This document shows, in pieces, positions 60,586 to 64,000 of a DNA stretch of 64,000 nucleotides (position 1 is its first letter; each line of letters starts with the position of its first letter). Position numbers and translations under genes: made by a program. Below the pieces are notes generated by a model that ran no database searches, was not told where the DNA came from, and saw only the letters and a list, made by a program, of their open reading frames with translations. Source of the stretch: the human T2T-CHM13v2.0 reference genome, Homo sapiens; NCBI RefSeq assembly GCF_009914755.1, contig NC_060926.1; one strand, 5' to 3'.

Positions 60586-62144
60586 AAATTTGGCAGGACA
60601 CAGTAGGACTGGGGACAGAAAATTGGTTATGTGGATAGGCAGACTTTCAGACAAAAACTAGGTGTTATATGCAGAGGAGTAGACAATAAAATATGAGAAG
60701 TATCATGGTAGCAGATTGAAGGTCTTTGAAAACGTAACAGAAGAATTTGAACTTGATGGCACATGCAATAGTCATTGTAGGTTCTAGAAACAGAGGCCCA
60801 TGTTGAAATCAGCATTGCAGTGCAAAAGGTTTGATGACCAATGAGGGATGGAGGAGAGGCCATCACTGAAGGTGACTCCAAGGCTGAAGGCAGGACTGTT
60901 ATCACCTACAGAAAGAAGCCTTCCACAGGTTTCGGAAGGAGCACCTGTTTTTTTCCCCAGGAGAAGAGATTCCATTAGGCTTTCCCTAAAGAGAATCTGT
61001 AATGAGAAAAGAAACAAAACAAAAGCAAAAACTAGCTATCATTTTCTCGAAGTGAGTGGAAAATTAAATGGTATTTCTGAGAATAAGTCCTTTCAAATAT
61101 GAAAAGTTATTCCTATGATGAAGTACTTGATTTAGTCAACTTTTTATTCATTATGATGGTGTCAGTATATATAGAGAGAGAATAAAATCAATAGAGAGGA
61201 AAAACCTAGAGCTTCTTCTTTGTTGCTTTGTGTTCTCATAATACAAGCTCCTATCTCTCCACCTTGGCCTATGCTAATGTAGCCTTCTTTTATCCAGGTC
61301 TACCTCTTATACTGTCATCATTCCTGACCACTAATATGAAACCTTCTTCCACATAGTGTACTGAGAATCAAACAGATTTTCTCTTCTTTTTCAGTCATAA
61401 CTCTCAGCTCTCCACTTTTCTACCAAGAAATCTTCCCCTCTATACTCAATCCCATCAGGACAAACCAGTTAAGTAGAAATGAAGCTGACATATAATCAGA
61501 GTCTTGCTGTGCTTTATCCCAATTCTTTTAGCTCTAAACCAAGGAAGCCATCTTGGTGAGACAAAAGGAGTGAGAACACAGTGCTTAGAACCCATGCTAC
61601 TGTGGCTTCTCACGCAATGTAAAGCAGTGGGGAAATACTTTGGAAATAAACATAGCTTTATACCTACAACAGGTCATATTTAAGTATTTACATGCTTCTA
61701 CTTATTATTTTAATGTTATGCCGAAATTGCATGTCTATCATGTTGTTTAAACGATCTCATAGAAAGCCTTTTAAAGGAATATCTTGACTGCAGTGAGCTC
61801 TAATTTTTGTCTTTCAAATCAAATGAATGACTTTTCCAAATAGGAGAAGAAGAAGAGCAGGAGTGAATAGTATAAAGCAAGAGACTTGGGTTTGGCACAG
61901 AAATTAATCGTAAGAGAAGCTGGAAAGTACTTAAGAGAATTCTGAGTTGCACTGATGATGCTCTCACCAGCATCTCTGGCCTGAACAATGGTCTCTGCTC
62001 TGATTTAGTCAAAGAGAAAACTGTCCCTCGATTTGTTGACAAAATCTAGCCTATAGACATGGTTTGTTTCTTTCCTGTGCAAGTGTCATTAAGCTCAAAT
62101 GGACCTAATCTTCAACTGCTGAATGCCAAGGTGCCAGCCATAGC

Positions 62145-62372
62145 AGAGAAGTTCAGAACATGAACTTTGGAGCGAGTTGGGAAGACAACTGATGTTTAAA
62201 TTCTACCTCTGCCATTTACCAGGTTTGAGACCTTAATAAAGTCATTTAATATTCTGAATCTTGATTTTTCTGTAAAGTCAAAATAATAATTATTAATTGG
62301 TTATTGTGATAATTAAATAAGAATGTATTGACAGGGCTTAGCAAGCACCTGATAAAATATTTAGCACCTAAT
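62145..62372 (+). mobile_element. MIR
   Basis: actttggag...ctctgccatttacca...aagtcatttaa...ctgtaaa...ttgtgataattaaat. Confidence 0.65.
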
Positions 62373-62679
62373 AAATATTTAGCACTGAATAAAATATTAT
62401 TTGCTATGACCTCTCTATGAGCCTGAGGGACACCTTTATAATGATGAAGTACAAGCATCTTAAGTTTGTTCTGTAGAAAAAAGAACTTGTAATAGTTTCA
62501 AACAAAGCTTTTCTTATCAGTGTCCTTCTCTTGATTAAAAATGTCATTACCCTCTGAACAACTCAGGCTGGAAACTACTGGACTTTTTATTATTATGATG
62601 ATTATTTTTCAAATCCCTTAACTCCCTCATCCCCTAACCTAGCGAATCTTCCATCACTGCTAGTTTTTTTTCTTGAAAA

Positions 62680-62868
62680 CAATGGTTTTCCAACTTTTTG
62701 TGGTTTATAGACTAATTTTAGAATATTGTGAAGCCAGGAAATAGTCTCCATAGAATAATGCACTCAGGTGTACAAAATTTTATAGACTATTTTTAGGCTA
62801 AACAGACCCTCCAAAGCCCACATAAGTACCTCCTAGGTGTCTAGGGAGGAAATTTTGAGAACCCCAGC
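62680..62868. mobile_element. hAT-Charlie MITE remnant (MER103-like)
   Basis: caatggttttccaactt ... ttgagaaccccag termini; subfamily uncertain. Confidence 0.45.
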
Positions 62869-63409
62869 TCTAAAATAGTTCTTCAAACTAGATGAGCCTT
62901 TTCATGTCTTTGACATCTACTCTAGTTCCAAATCCTTTTCATCTCTTGCCTAAATTCAACTTGGTCTCTTTGATTCCAGCAAGCTCTTTCTCCTACCGAG
63001 AATCCACCCTTTTCCCAATGTCTTTTTCACCTAAAGTAACATTTTCTTCCTCAAATTCTTCGGAAATTTGTTGTTGATTAACACTGGTCCTCAAATGCTA
63101 CCTTATATCATGAGATAGAGAGATTTTGAATGTAGACAAGAGATGGGTTCCAGAGACCTAGATACTTTTTAAAAACTTTGGAGATGATTCTGACCCTAGT
63201 AGGCCCAGACCACACTTTGAGAAACATTATCCCAAGATGATCTCTTCAAGCTAACTTTCTCGGTCATCATTTTGTTCAACTTAGCCTCTGTCCTTTCATA
63301 AACTGGGTATGTTTTGAACTTTGTTTTTATTTGCCCTTCAATTTAGAAAACTCTCTTCACTCTCACAATTTGGTTGAAAAACTTTCTTTTCTTACATTGA
63401 AAAAGAAAT

Positions 63410-63559
63410 TTAGAGACAGGGTCTCACTGTATCACCGAGGCTGGAGTACAGTGGCACCATCATAGCTCACTGCAGCCTCAAACTCCTGGGCTCAAGCCAT
63501 CCTCTTGCTTCAGCCTCCTGGGTCCCTGAGATTACAGGTGTGAGCCATTGTGCCTGACC
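63410..63559 (-). mobile_element. Alu monomer (FRAM/AluJ)
   Basis: agagacagggtctcact...catagctcactgcagcctcaaactcctgggctcaag. Confidence 0.88.
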
Positions 63560-63639
63560 TCAAAACTACTTATTCTTTATCACTCAGTACAACCACTGAC
63601 TCTTCTATGGATTCTTCCTTCACCAGCTGCCCTAATAAG

Positions 63640-63835
63640 AAGGCAATATACCTTCTTCTAATGTCCTACCATTGCCCTCTGCAAGCACTGCCATTATAGC
63701 ACATGGGAGACTTTCCCTTGAATTACTTTTGCTTGTGTGCATGTCTGGCACCTCCACTAGATTGTACAGTCTTTGAAGGTAGATCAGATTCTACTTACTC
63801 CATATGTTGTAGATATTCCTAAAATGTTTGCTGAA
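63640..63835 (+). mobile_element. L2 3' fragment
   Basis: tgtctg...ccactagattgt...ttgaagg...aaatgtttgctgaat. Confidence 0.55.
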
Positions 63836-64000
63836 TTATAAAATTTGCTATCATTCACATATGTGCCACATTTTAAAATTATTTTGTCTGTCCTCAGAAC
63901 AGCAGAACTCAAAGTTATGGTACAGAGGAGGCTCGTTTGTTACAATGCAGGGCCATGCTATTGTACTGGGGCCAGCTTGTACTGGCTCGGAAGAACTGTC

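Overview
Primate genomic DNA, most likely human (AluY/S/J, THE1/MST LTRs, L1PA/L1M, MIR, L2, hAT MITEs), reading as the interior of a large intron or intergenic DNA. I recognise no protein-coding exon, tRNA, rRNA or snoRNA. The supplied ORFs are best explained as Alu, L1, LTR, microsatellite or chance frames. The one gene-derived sequence I recognise is a 3'UTR-only processed copy of ACTG1 at 25574-26153. I found no convincing new biological system. The best leads are: (i) a 73-bp Alu fragment with no poly(A) or TSD that shares private substitutions with an Alu 4.8 kb upstream, suggesting a locally templated repair insertion; (ii) a 5'-inverted old L1 with an intact TSD; (iii) a cluster of solo LTRs at 40-54 kb with three intact DUX4-type motifs and a divergent THE1 pair flanking a motif-dense unique spacer; (iv) a nested inverted Alu quartet; (v) several small hairpins and CpG-retaining unique blocks that look regulatory. 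Repeat subfamily calls are from memory of consensus sequences. Boundaries of old repeats are approximate (tens of bp).
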